A stretch of DNA of 64,000 bases from assembly GCA_963702425.1 (NCBI GenBank), contig CAVPCQ010000019.1:64001-128000 (forward strand), in the 5' to 3' direction. Within the stretch, counting starts at the first letter, position 1, and each line of letters starts with the position of its first letter. This stretch comes from an uncultured Acidobacteriota bacterium. Its GTDB lineage: Bacteria > Acidobacteriota > Polarisedimenticolia > J045. Positions 12,301 to 22,001 of the stretch are shown in pieces. The translations under genes were made by a program, and so were the position numbers. A model generated the notes under the pieces. That model was not told the DNA's origin. It did no database searches and was given only the letters and a program-made list of their open reading frames with translations.

Positions 12301-15300
12301 GGCCGGCGCACCCACCAGGCGCGTGAAGCCGGTGCCGTACTCGCCCTGGACGATGTAGAGTCCCGCCGGCTGGCCAGGCAGCCAGGTCAGGCCCCCGTCA
12401 TACACCGAGAACGGCAGGGTCGAGACGGTCCAGGTTTCGTCGGTCAGCGAGAAGCGGTAGAGGTTTGTCCCGCCGTAAGGTCCGACCGCCGCGTACTCCT
12501 GCGCCAGCGGATCGATCGCCGCGCCCAGCACCGCCCCGGCCGGCAGCGCCGGCAGCACGCGCCAGGTGTTGCCGGCGACGTCGTAGACCGCGAACTCGGA
12601 GCGCCCGCTGCCGGTGTGGCCGTAGAGTCGCCCGCCTACGTAGGCCAGCCCGCCCCACGGCTCGAACGCGAACGGAGGAGCCGCCAGGTCCACCGCCTCC
12701 AGGGTCACGGGGTCGTAACGCACGAGCCGCTGTCCCTGGACGAAGTAGAGATACCGCTCCCCGTCGCTGGCGACGTTGGCCGTCCCCCCCGAGAGCGGGT
12801 GCGGGCGGGTCGTCCAACGGTCGGCCGCGATGTCGTAGACGCCGAGTTCCGTGCCCCATGCGGCGTAGCTGATGTAGATCGTGCCGCCCAGCAACGCCGC
12901 TCCCCCCGCGCCGTCGGAGTAGGTCGGGAAATCGGCGAGGCGCTCCCAGGCCCCCGTCTCGGAGCGGAAGCGGTAGAAGCCGTACCCCGAGAGCGCCCGC
13001 GCGTAGATCGCGTGCCCGGCGATGTCGCCGGCGACGCAAGTCAGCGGCACCGGGCTGGGCGGGAGCGGCTCGAAGCTCGCGTCGGCACCGCGGAAGGGGG
13101 GCGGCTCCGCCTGTTCGGCATCGGACATGGACGGTTCCGGCTCGTTCGACTGGCCGTCGCCGGCCGAGAGCCCGACGAACGCCACGCGCTGCAGGCCCGG
13201 TCCACGCGGCACGACCTCGGCGGTGAAGTCGAGGGCGCTGCCGCCTGAATTCGACACGGTCAGCGGCAGGGTCTCCTGCACGAACTGATTCAGCGTCGCA
13301 TCCAGCTCGGCCGGATCGACCCCAATGATGGGCGCCGCGACTCCGACGCCGGTCAGGCGCACGGTCGTCACCGGCTCGTCCGGGTCATCGCTCGCCAGCG
13401 TCAGGATCCCTTCGAACGAGTCGATCTCGCCGGGAGCGAAGCTGACCGCAACGTTCTCCCGGGCGAAGGGGGAGAGCGTCAGCGCCGTACGATCCGGGAC
13501 GAACTCCGGGCGGTCGCTGCCGATCGAGGCGACCTGGAGCGGCGCCGTCCCGGCGTTCTCGACGGCGAACGGCAGCGTGCGCGACCCGCCGAGGAAGACC
13601 TCCCCGAAGTCGAGCGTCGCGGGCGAAACGGCGATGTCCGGGGCTGCCGTGACGTCGAGGGAGACGGCGTGCGGGATCGCCGGACGTAGCGGGTCGTTCG
13701 ACAGGACGGTCAGGACGCCGTCGTAATGGCCTCCGAGGAGACGCGCGGCATCGATCGTGACGGCCACCTCCGCGCGCTCGCCGCTCCAGAGCCGGCCCGC
13801 CGTTGGCGTGGCGCGCAGCCAGTCCGGTGTCCGATCGATGCGGATCGCGAGGCCGTCGTGGACGTACGGCGCGTTGAAGGCGACCTGCAGTCCCTGGGTC
13901 TGCGTGCCGTCCTGGATCCCGATCGTCGCGCTGTCGACTCGGCCGACCATCGACTGGTATCGGAAGACGATCCGGCCATGCGGATAGAGCGAGACCTGGA
14001 ACGTGTAGACGCCATCGCCCCCGTATTGCGCGACGTTCGTGAACTGGATGGTGAACGACGAGCCGTCGGCGAGGTAGGACGCGCGCACCTGTCCCCCGAA
14101 GTCCAGATCGTCCCAGAACGGTGCAATCAGAAACTCCGGCGCCATGCCGCTGGGCAGCGGTTGGTTGTTGTATCCGGCGCCCGCGTTGGTGAAGCTCAGG
14201 AAGCCGTTGGTCGCGACGTTCACGGACTCGAAGGGCGTGCCGTAGAAGTCGAAGGGGAAGCCGATCGGGATCGCCCCCGAGGACTGGTCGTCGCCGGTCA
14301 GTGACTCGATGGGAGTCCCCGTGGCGGAGATGTCGACCCAGTCGAAGGCGGGCCCGTCCGGCTCGTCGCTGTCGACGAACCGGTAGCCGTACGGATCGGG
14401 CCCGCCGGAGGACGCCGGGGCCGGGCCCTGCCGCGGATCGGGCTGACCCTTCGCCAGCGTGAGCTCTTCGGCCGCGCCCGGCGGCGGCGGTTCGCCCGGA
14501 TCGGGGGGCGGAATGACCCAGTCCAGCGAGCCGACGCCGACGTTCTCGATCGTCAGGATCTGACCGCTCACCGCGCCGGTGATCAGGCTGGCCGAGAACG
14601 AAGGCGGAGAGGTCGCGATCGTCGGGGGATCGAGAGTCGTTCCCGAGGCGACGTTCGACAACGGGCTGGCGGTGCCCGATTCGTCGGAGCTGACCAGCGC
14701 GAAGTAGTAAAGGGTCGCAGCGTCGAGCCCACCGACCTCGGTCTGCTCCCTCGAGCCGGCCGGCTGCGGCGCCGGGGCGGTCGCCGGGGTCGCTGCCGCG
14801 AAGTTGTCGCCGTCGATCGGCGCCGTCGAGTAGCGCAGGTCGTACGCGCGGGCGGTCCCCTGGTCCCCGTCGTCGCCGGGTGCGGTCCAGACCAGCGAGA
14901 CCGACCCCGACGTGGTGGCTTCGACCGCGAGGTCGGCCACCGCGGCCGGCGGCACGTCGTCGACCGCAGAGAGCGCCCGGAACGCGTTGAGGCGCCCTCC
15001 CGTCACCGTGATCCCGCTCATGCTGGACACCGGCTCGACCGACTCGAGCAGGTGCCGCTTGAGTGCGACGACCCCCATCTCCGGGGCGATGGCGCGCATC
15101 AGGGCGGCGACGCCGCTGACGTGCGGCGTGGCCATCGAGGTACCGTTCTTGAGCCCGTGGCTGCCGCCCATCACGGCGCTGAGGATGTCCACTCCCGGGG
15201 CGCCGAGATCGACCGACTGGGCTCCCCAGTTCGAAAACCAGGCGCGCCCGTCCGCGCGGTCCGTCGCCGCGACGGCGAGGATGTTCGGGGCGTCGAGGCT

Positions 15301-16263
15301 GGCCGGATAGAACGGCCAGAGGTCGTTGTCGCTGTTGTAGTTCCCGGCCGCGGCGACGAACAGGATCTCCTGCTGCGCGGCGGCGTTGATCGCATCGAGC
15401 ATCGCCTGCGAGAACCCGCCCCCGCCCCAGGAGTTGTTCATCACGTCGACGCCAAGAAGGGTGGCGTACTCGATCGCGGCGATCGCGTCCTCGGTCGAGC
15501 CCGAGCCCCAACAGAGGAACTTGATCGGCACAATCGTCACCGACCAGGCGACTCCCGCGACGCCGAACCCGTCGTTTCCCAGTCCGCCGATCGTCCCGGC
15601 GACGTGCGTGCCGTGGCTGTCGTCGTCGGCGGGGTCGTTGTCGTCGGCACAGAAATCCCATCCGTGGACGTCGTCGACGAAGCCGTTTCCGTCATCGTCG
15701 AGACCGTTCGCTGGGATCTCCCCCGGGTTCGTCCAGATCTGTGCCGCGAGTTCGGGGTGGCTGGCCTCGATTCCCGTGTCGATGACCGCGACGCGGACGC
15801 GCCGATCACCGGTGGAGATGTCCCACGCGCGCTCGGCGTCGATGTCGGCGCCCGGGGTTCCGCCCTGCTGACCCGTGTTGTTCAGGCCCCACAGCTCCGG
15901 GTAACGCGGATCGTTGGGGGCGCGGACCGGGAAGACGCGGTAGTTCGGCTCGGCGTACGCCACGAGCGGGTGACCGATCAGCGTGCGCAGGGCCTCCTCG
16001 ACGCTGTGGCCCGGCCCCAGCAGCCAATGCTCCGCCCCGCTCCGGAAATGCCTGCCGATGCGGGCCGCGAGCTGGACGCGCAGCGACCGCATGGCTGGCT
16101 CGGGCGCATCGTCCCGGAACTTGACGAGCAGTTCGCCGGGCAGGTGATCGGCGGCGAGCATCTGCTCGATGGTGGGCGGACCGGCGAGCGCCACGGGCGA
16201 GGCGAGAGCCAGCAGACAGAGCGCGAGAACCAGCGCCCCGAGAGACGATCGGCGACGGCACAT
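350..16263 (-). CDS. Giant secreted S8 (subtilisin-family) serine protease, ~5,304 aa if the frameshift is repaired. Architecture: signal peptide, prodomain, S8, FN3-like, NIDO-like, 5x [Kelch-like beta-propeller, Ig-like, Cys-pair domain, ASH/choice-of-anchor-D-like Ig], LamG/concanavalin-like, GATase-like, PKD/Ig C-terminus
   Basis: ORFs 4921..16425 and 350..5335 join across a C6 run at 5261-5266 (C7 in sister repeats at ~10903 and ~12784). ATG 16263 has an AAGGGGG RBS and a hydrophobic leader. Catalytic motifs VIDTGI, HGTHVAGT, AAGN and GTSMATPHVSG are present. Accessory domain names are by motif resemblance only. Confidence 0.85.
3936..13340 (-). repeat. Five intragenic tandem repeats, period 1,881 bp (627 aa)
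   Basis: Homologous anchor positions at 5010, 6890, 8771, 10652 and 12533 (spacings 1880, 1881, 1881, 1881). Boundaries are approximate. Confidence 0.92.
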
Positions 16264-16414
16264 AGGACCCCCTTGCGCGCCTGACTCTCGGCCTCTCCGC
16301 CAGGATCGGTAACGGGGCCGGCGGTCTGACCGAGGGGACTCGATGAGGAGGATACGCCGACGACCTTGAGATACCGACGGATTGCCCGGTGTAAACGGCC
16401 AGGAAATATCCCTT

Positions 16415-16750
16415 CTAGCGGGCACAGCGGGTGACGGCGGGAGGTGATGCCCCCGCCGGTGCGCCCCTACCTTCCGAGCGCCTGTCCCGGGTTTCGGGGA
16501 GCCGCAGGATCAGCGCCGCGCCGAACAGGCTGAAGTAGCCGTGGCCGAAGAAGCCGACGAGCGGGCCGAGGACGAAGATCACGATTCCGTGTCCTGCGAA
16601 GAGGCCGTACGCCGGCACCAGCAGCGCCGGGGCGATGCCGGCGACGAACAGCGCACGCCAGCCGAAGCGCGGCAGGACCAGCACCGCGAGCACTGCGGCG
16701 AAGGTGTACCCGATCGCCCACCCGGACTGCATGATCCCGATCACCGTCCC
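16415..16750 (-). pseudogene. MFS transporter remnant with internal deletions
   Basis: Discontinuous MFS-like segments GIMQSGWAIGY…PRFGWRALF…GPLVGFFGHGYFSLFG…LPETR; no N-terminus. Confidence 0.65.
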
Positions 16751-17044
16751 GACGGATCCGCGGAACTCGTCCGGGGATTGACGTTCGGCGAGGTGACGGC
16801 CCGCAGGTTCAAGGACATCCTGGCCGCAGGCGACGACCGACACGTCCTGAACCGATTCGCCGCGGTCGGCGCCATCCCCGGCTTCGGTTCCTCCTTTGGC
16901 AGCGGCGGCGGCGGCGAGGGGATCGGCGGAATCCCGATCTCGGTGGCGGCGCCCTCACAGCAGTTCGAGGAACTGGAGTTGCAGCGGTCGAGCGGGCCGC
17001 CGCGCCGCCCGCCCCTCCTGCCGCATCCGTTCTTCGCCCGCTGA
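16745..17044 (+). pseudogene. C-terminal fragment of a TldD/PmbA-like metallopeptidase
   Basis: PDGSAELVRGLTFGEVTARRFKDILAAGDD…SVAAPSQQFEELEL…PPLLPHP resembles TldD-related C-termini; no 5' part. Confidence 0.5.
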
Positions 17045-17114
17045 CGCGCGGCCGGGCGGCGGCCGTCGCCGCCCGGTCCCGGCCGCAGAGCGGCGATCAC
17101 ATTCCGGCAGGCTG

Positions 17115-17159
17115 AGGCGGGGAGGCGGGTAGACGGGGAGACGGGGAGACGGGGAGACG
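17115..17159. repeat. Short tandem octamer repeat (AG[A/G]CGGGG), about 6 units
   Basis: aggcgggg aggcgggt agacgggg agacgggg agacgggg agacg. Confidence 0.75.
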
Positions 17160-17201
17160 ACAACGGTTCCCGGGTCGGGCTTCGCTCCGCCGGCCGCCGG
17201 C

Positions 17202-17250
17202 TTGACGCCGCGCCCGATGTGGTTCATCCTTCCATCCGGATGCACTGATG
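17202..17250 (+). promoter_or_regulatory. Putative sigma70 promoter of sahR-ahcY, overlapped by two CATC-N10-GATG palindromes (candidate SahR operator)
   Basis: TTGACG (17202-17207)-N17-CATCCT (17225-17230); palindromes at 17225-17242 and 17233-17250. Confidence 0.55.
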
Positions 17251-18201
17251 AATCCACTCGCCGCCCCCCGCCAGCTCGTCGGCCGCATGGAGGCCCTGGC
17301 CGACCCGGTCCGGCTGCGCCTGCTGCGCCTGCTGGAGCGGCAGGAACTGGGGGTCGCGGAGTTGTGCGAGATCGTGCAGCTGCCGCAGTCGACGGTCAGC
17401 CGGCACCTCAAGTTGCTGGCCGACCAGGGCTGGGTGACCAGCCACCGCGAAGGGACCTCGAACCTCTACCGCCTCGCCGGCGACGAGCTGGACGACGCCC
17501 CGCGCGCGCTCTGGGGCGTCGTGCGCCAGGAGGCCGCGCGCTGGCCGTCGTCCCGCCAGGACGATCTGCGGCTGGCGCGCCGGCTGGAGGAGCGGCGGCA
17601 GGAGTCGCTGTCGTTCTTCGCGGGCGCGGCGGCCTCGTGGGATGCGCTGCGGGGCGAGCTGTTCGGCGACGGGTTCACGCGCGCCGCTCTGCTCGCGCTG
17701 CTTCCCGCCGAGTGGACCGTGGCCGACCTCGGTTGCGGGACGGGAGCGCTGGTCGCGGAGCTGGCCGGTGCCGTGCGCCGCGTGATCGGTGTCGACCAGT
17801 CGGCCGAGATGCTGGCCGCCGCACGCGAGCGCGTCGCGGGGCTGCCGAACGTGACACTGCACGAGGGGGACCTCGAGGCACTGCCGCTGGGCGACGCCTC
17901 GTGCGACGCGGCGCTGATGCTGCTGTCCCTGGCCTACGCCCCGCACCCCGGCGCGGCGCTCGCCGAGCTGGCGCGCGTGCTGCGGCCGGTCGGGCGGGCC
18001 GTGATCATCGATCTCCTGCCGCACGACAGCGACGACGCGCGACGCCGGCTCGGTCAGACCGGGCTGGGGTTCGCGCCCGCGTCGATCCGCGCCCTGATGC
18101 AGCGCGCGGGCCTGAACGGCGTGCACGTGACGACCCTTCCGCCCGCCCCGGACGCCCGCGGGCCGGCGCTGTTCCTCGCCACTGCCAACCGGAGAGCCTG
18201 A
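17248..18201 (+). CDS. sahR: ArsR-family HTH fused to a SAM-dependent methyltransferase domain (SahR/SamR-type SAM-cycle regulator)
   Basis: ALADPVRLRLL…QSTVSRHLKLL (ArsR) and VADLGCGTG (motif I); lies directly upstream of ahcY. Confidence 0.85.
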   Translation: MNPLAAPRQLVGRMEALADPVRLRLLRLLERQELGVAELCEIVQLPQSTVSRHLKLLADQGWVTSHREGTSNLYRLAGDELDDAPRALWGVVRQEAARWPSSRQDDLRLARRLEERRQESLSFFAGAAASWDALRGELFGDGFTRAALLALLPAEWTVADLGCGTGALVAELAGAVRRVIGVDQSAEMLAAARERVAGLPNVTLHEGDLEALPLGDASCDAALMLLSLAYAPHPGAALAELARVLRPVGRAVIIDLLPHDSDDARRRLGQTGLGFAPASIRALMQRAGLNGVHVTTLPPAPDARGPALFLATANRRA

Positions 18202-18213
18202 ACCGATACGTTG

Positions 18214-18300
18214 CGGGCCGGCACAGAGGCCGGCCCCTACAGCCCGTGCCAGAAACCGCGCGCCGCACAACCCGTAGGGGCCGCCCTCCGTGGCGGCCCG
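18214..18300. repeat. Inverted pair of GTAG-type REP elements (REPIN-like)
   Basis: GTAGGGGCCGGCCTCTGTGCCGGCCCG on the minus strand (18214-18240) and GTAGGGGCCGCCCTCCGTGGCGGCCCG on the plus strand (18274-18300); each is GTAG followed by a GC hairpin. Confidence 0.75.
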
Positions 18301-18318
18301 ACCCAAGGAGACACTTCC

Positions 18319-19782
18319 ATGACCCGCACCCTCGCCGAATCGACCGGCACCCTCGAATACAAGGTCCTCGACCTGTCGCTCGCCGACTGGGGCCGCAAGG
18401 AGATCGTGCTGGCCGAGCAGGAGATGCCCGGCCTGATGGCGGTGCGCGAGCGGTACCTCGCTTCGCAGCCGCTCAAGGGCCACCGCGTCACCGGCTCGCT
18501 GCACATGACGATCCAGACCGCCGTGCTGATCGAGACGCTCGCCGCGCTCGGGGCCGACGTGCGCTGGGCCTCGTGCAACATCTTCTCGACGCAGGACCAC
18601 GCCGCGGCGGCGGCCGTCGTCGGCCCCCACGGCACGCCGGAGGAGCCGAAGGGCGTCCCCGTCTTCGCCTGGAAGGGCGAGACGCTCGAGGAGTACTGGT
18701 GGTGCACGCTGCGTGCGCTCGACTTCGGCGCCGGCCGCGGACCGACCCAGATCGTCGACGACGGCGGCGACGCGACGCTGCTGATCCACCTCGGCGACGA
18801 GTTCGAGCGGGCCGGCGCGGTCCCGCAGCCCAAGCCGGACGACAGCGAGGAGTACCGGATCATCCTCGACGTGCTGCGCGAGCTGCACCGTGTCAACCCC
18901 ACGTACTGGCGGAAGGTCGCCGCCGAGTGCAAGGGCGTGACCGAGGAGACCACCACCGGCGTCCACCGGCTCTACGACCGGATGAAGGCCGGCACGCTGC
19001 TCTTCCCGGCGATCAACGTCAACGACAGCGTGACCAAGAGCAAGTTCGACAACCTCTACGGCTGCCGCCACTCCTGCGTCGACGGGATCATGCGGGCCTC
19101 GGACGTGATGCTGGCCGGTAAGCTCGTCGTGGTCTGCGGCTACGGGGACGTCGGCAAGGGCTGCGCCCAGTCGCTGCGCGGCCAGGGGGCGCGCGTCGTC
19201 GTCACCGAGATCGACCCGATCTGCGCGCTGCAGGCCGCGATGGAAGGCTACCAGGTCGCGCCGGTCGAGGACGTACTCGGAACCGCGGACATCTTCATCA
19301 CCGCCACCGGCAACCGCGACGTCATCACGGCGACTCACATGGCGAAGATGAAGGACGGCGCGATCATCGGGAACATCGGCCACTTCGACAACGAGATCGA
19401 CATGGCCGGGCTCAAGAACGTGCGCGGGGTCGTGAGGACGAACATCAAGCCGCAGTACGACAAGTGGACCTTCGCCGACGGGCACAGCGTGCTGATCCTG
19501 GCCGAGGGGCGGCTGCTGAACCTCGGTTGCGCCACCGGCCACCCGAGCTTCGTGATGTCGAACAGCTTCACCAACCAGACGCTGGCGCAGATCGAGCTGG
19601 CGCTGCACCCCGAGGCCTACCGTCGCAAGGTCTACACGCTGCCCAAGCACCTCGACGAGATGGTGGCGCGGCTGCACCTCGAGAAGATCGGCGTGAGGCT
19701 GACGACGCTGACGCCGGAGCAGGCGGCCTACATCGGGGTCGCCCCGGACGGGCCGTACAAGCCGGACCACTACCGGTACTGA
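18319..19782 (+). CDS. ahcY: Adenosylhomocysteinase (SAH hydrolase)
   Basis: [56 protein letters not shown] and C-terminal KPDHYRY; AAGGAG RBS before ATG 18319. Confidence 0.97.
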   Translation: MTRTLAESTGTLEYKVLDLSLADWGRKEIVLAEQEMPGLMAVRERYLASQPLKGHRVTGSLHMTIQTAVLIETLAALGADVRWASCNIFSTQDHAAAAAVVGPHGTPEEPKGVPVFAWKGETLEEYWWCTLRALDFGAGRGPTQIVDDGGDATLLIHLGDEFERAGAVPQPKPDDSEEYRIILDVLRELHRVNPTYWRKVAAECKGVTEETTTGVHRLYDRMKAGTLLFPAINVNDSVTKSKFDNLYGCRHSCVDGIMRASDVMLAGKLVVVCGYGDVGKGCAQSLRGQGARVVVTEIDPICALQAAMEGYQVAPVEDVLGTADIFITATGNRDVITATHMAKMKDGAIIGNIGHFDNEIDMAGLKNVRGVVRTNIKPQYDKWTFADGHSVLILAEGRLLNLGCATGHPSFVMSNSFTNQTLAQIELALHPEAYRRKVYTLPKHLDEMVARLHLEKIGVRLTTLTPEQAAYIGVAPDGPYKPDHYRY

Positions 19783-19791
19783 GGCCGAGCC

Positions 19792-20427
19792 GTGACCAGC
19801 GAACGACGGTACGGCGCAGGCGATTCCGTCTCCGACCTGTGTCGCGCGTGCAAGTCCGAGCGGCGGCACACGGTGATCGTGGCCGAGCCGGGCGGGCGGC
19901 CGTTGCGCGTCACCTGCGATTTCTGCGGCAGCCAGCACAACTTCCGCGGCGGCGCCACGGCTACCGCGGTCTCCGGATCGACGACCGGCACGGCGCGCGG
20001 CAGCGCGGGCCGTGCCGCTTTCCCGCTCGCCACCGAGCGCGAGCGCCGGGAGCCCCCGATGGCCATCGATGTGAAGGACGGCTCCATCGCCGATCTCGAG
20101 ACCCTGCTGCGCCGCGTGATCCGCGAGGAATGCGGCATCACCCCGGTGGCCCCCGCCGAGAAGTGGCGCGGTGGCGAGATGATCCTCAGGCCGGGCCGGC
20201 CGGGCGTGGCGGACAAGAGCTGGCCGCTCGAGACGCTGTTCCAGAAGATCGTCGCGATCCGCAACCGGCTCCGCGTGCTCGAGCAGCAGGTCAACGCCGC
20301 CGAGGAGCTGTCGCCCGAGGCCAAGCTCAAGCTCCAGGGGTACATCACCGGCTGCTACGGCTCGCTCACCAGCTTCAACGTCCTCTTTGCCGACGACGAC
20401 GACCGGTTCAAGGGCGGCGGCGATTGA
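19792..20427 (+). CDS. Hypothetical protein with an N-terminal zinc ribbon (CRAC…CDFC)
   Basis: Starts 9 bp after ahcY; coding-like codon bias; two CxxC pairs. Confidence 0.75.
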   Translation: MTSERRYGAGDSVSDLCRACKSERRHTVIVAEPGGRPLRVTCDFCGSQHNFRGGATATAVSGSTTGTARGSAGRAAFPLATERERREPPMAIDVKDGSIADLETLLRRVIREECGITPVAPAEKWRGGEMILRPGRPGVADKSWPLETLFQKIVAIRNRLRVLEQQVNAAEELSPEAKLKLQGYITGCYGSLTSFNVLFADDDDRFKGGGD

Positions 20428-20475
20428 GCGCCGACCGGCGCTGATCCGGACGGGCTTCCGGCGGGGTCCGGGGAG

Positions 20476-21366
20476 TCAGGCGAGCAGTGCCGCACGCAGT
20501 GCGGACACGTGCTCAGGCGTCGTTCCGCAGCAGCCGCCGACCAAGCGCGCTCCCGCGGCGACGATCGCCGGCGCGTGCGTCGCGAAGAACTCCGGCGATT
20601 CGGGCCAGGCGAGCGCGCCGTCGACGAGCTGCGGCAGCCCGGCGTTCGGTCGTACGGCGACCGGGACCTCCGAGTGCCCCGCCAGGTCCGCGACCACGCT
20701 CACCATCCCCTCGATCCCGTTCCCGCAGTTCGCGCCGACGACGTCGGCGCCGGCCCCGGCGAGCGCCGCCGCCGCCCGCGCCGGGGTGACCCCCATCACG
20801 GTGAAGATCCCGCGCGGGGTCGCGTCGAAGGTCATCGTCGCGACGATCGGCACGCCGGGTGCGACGCGCTTCGCCGCGCGCACCGCGAGCAGCGCCTCCG
20901 CCAGGTCGGTCATCGTCTCGATGCAGATCAGGTCGACCCCCGCGCCGGCCAAGGCGGCGAGCTGGCGCTCGAACGCCGCCTCGACCTCCTCCGGCCGCGC
21001 CGGGCCGAGCGGTGCGAGCAGCGTCCCGCTCGGCCCGACCGAGCCCGAGACGAGCGCGCGGCCCCCGGCTTCCGCGCGCAGCAGCTCGACCGCGCGCCGG
21101 TTGATCTCCTCGCAGCGCGCCGCCAGCCCATGCGCCGCGAGGCGCAGCGGCGTTCCGCCGAAGGTGTTCGTCGTTAGGATCTCCGCGCCGGCTTCGAGGT
21201 AGCGCCGGGCGATCGCGCCGACGATCTCCGGCGCGTCGAAGATCACCCGCTCCGGCGGGGCTCCGGGCGGAAGCCCGGCCTCGGCGATCAGCATCGTGCC
21301 CCACGCGCCGTCCCCGACGACGACCTCCCCGCGCCGCAGCCGCTCGAGCAGCGCGGCGCCGGTCAC
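20476..21366 (-). CDS. Homocysteine S-methyltransferase domain protein (stand-alone MetH Hcy module)
   Basis: DGAWGT, GAEILTTNTFG, GANCG, PNAGLP and GGCCGTTPEH zinc motifs; GTG start overlaps the upstream stop (GTGA). Confidence 0.92.
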   Translation of the reverse strand: MTGAALLERLRRGEVVVGDGAWGTMLIAEAGLPPGAPPERVIFDAPEIVGAIARRYLEAGAEILTTNTFGGTPLRLAAHGLAARCEEINRRAVELLRAEAGGRALVSGSVGPSGTLLAPLGPARPEEVEAAFERQLAALAGAGVDLICIETMTDLAEALLAVRAAKRVAPGVPIVATMTFDATPRGIFTVMGVTPARAAAALAGAGADVVGANCGNGIEGMVSVVADLAGHSEVPVAVRPNAGLPQLVDGALAWPESPEFFATHAPAIVAAGARLVGGCCGTTPEHVSALRAALLA

Positions 21367-22001
21367 GCCGCGCCCACGAGCTGCTTCACGCGCAGCGCCG
21401 CGCTCGCCGCGTCGTACGCGAAGCCGTCGGCCCCGATCTCGCGCGCGAACGTCTCGGTCACCGGTGCCCCGCCGACGATCACCTTCACCCGGCCCGCGAG
21501 TCCGCGCGCGCGCACCTGCTCGACGACGTCGCGCATCCCGGTCATCGTCGTCGTCAGCAGCGCGGAGACGCCGATCACCACCGCCCCGCGCTCGACCGCC
21601 GCGTCGACGAATCGTTCGGCGGAGACATCGACACCGAGATCCGTGACATCGAAGCCGGCGCCGCCGAGCAGGATCCCGACCAGGTTCTTGCCGATGTCGT
21701 GCAGGTCCCCGCGCACCGTGCCGAGCACGACCCGTCCCGCCGTCGGTACCCCGCCCGCCGCGAGGTGCGGCCGCAGGACGTCGAGCCCGGCGTGCATCGC
21801 CTTCGCGGCCAGCAGCACGTCGGGGAGGAAGATCTCGTGGCGGCGGAAGGCCTCGCCGACGACCGTCATCCCCGCGATCAGGCCGAGGCGCAGGATGTCG
21901 GCCGGCGCAGCCCCGGCCGCCAGCGCCTCGCCCGCGAGCGCGCGCACGGCGTCGGGCTCGCCGGCCCGGACCTCGTCCGCCAGGCGCGTCAAGCGCTCCA
22001 C
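21363..22001 (-). CDS. Corrinoid (cobalamin-binding) protein, MttC/MtgC-like
   Basis: GDLHDIGKNLV, SALLTTTM and VGGAPV; AAGGAG RBS before GTG 22001. Confidence 0.93.
   Translation of the reverse strand: MERLTRLADEVRAGEPDAVRALAGEALAAGAAPADILRLGLIAGMTVVGEAFRRHEIFLPDVLLAAKAMHAGLDVLRPHLAAGGVPTAGRVVLGTVRGDLHDIGKNLVGILLGGAGFDVTDLGVDVSAERFVDAAVERGAVVIGVSALLTTTMTGMRDVVEQVRARGLAGRVKVIVGGAPVTETFAREIGADGFAYDAASAALRVKQLVGAA

Noticed and set aside
3936-13340. Diversity-generating retroelement (template/variable repeat) explaining the loop variation
   Set aside because: There is no reverse transcriptase or non-coding template repeat in the window. All copies are coding, and I saw no clear adenine-specific pattern.
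18202-18318. SAH or SAM riboswitch upstream of ahcY
   Set aside because: The hairpins are explained by GTAG-type REPs, I recognise no riboswitch consensus, and a protein regulator is adjacent.
18211-18318. Extended N-termini given by the ORF track (ahcY from 18211, and similarly 16425, 22062, 22748, 39888, 63539)
   Set aside because: Downstream starts have clear RBSs or stop/start overlaps and coincide with where homology begins.
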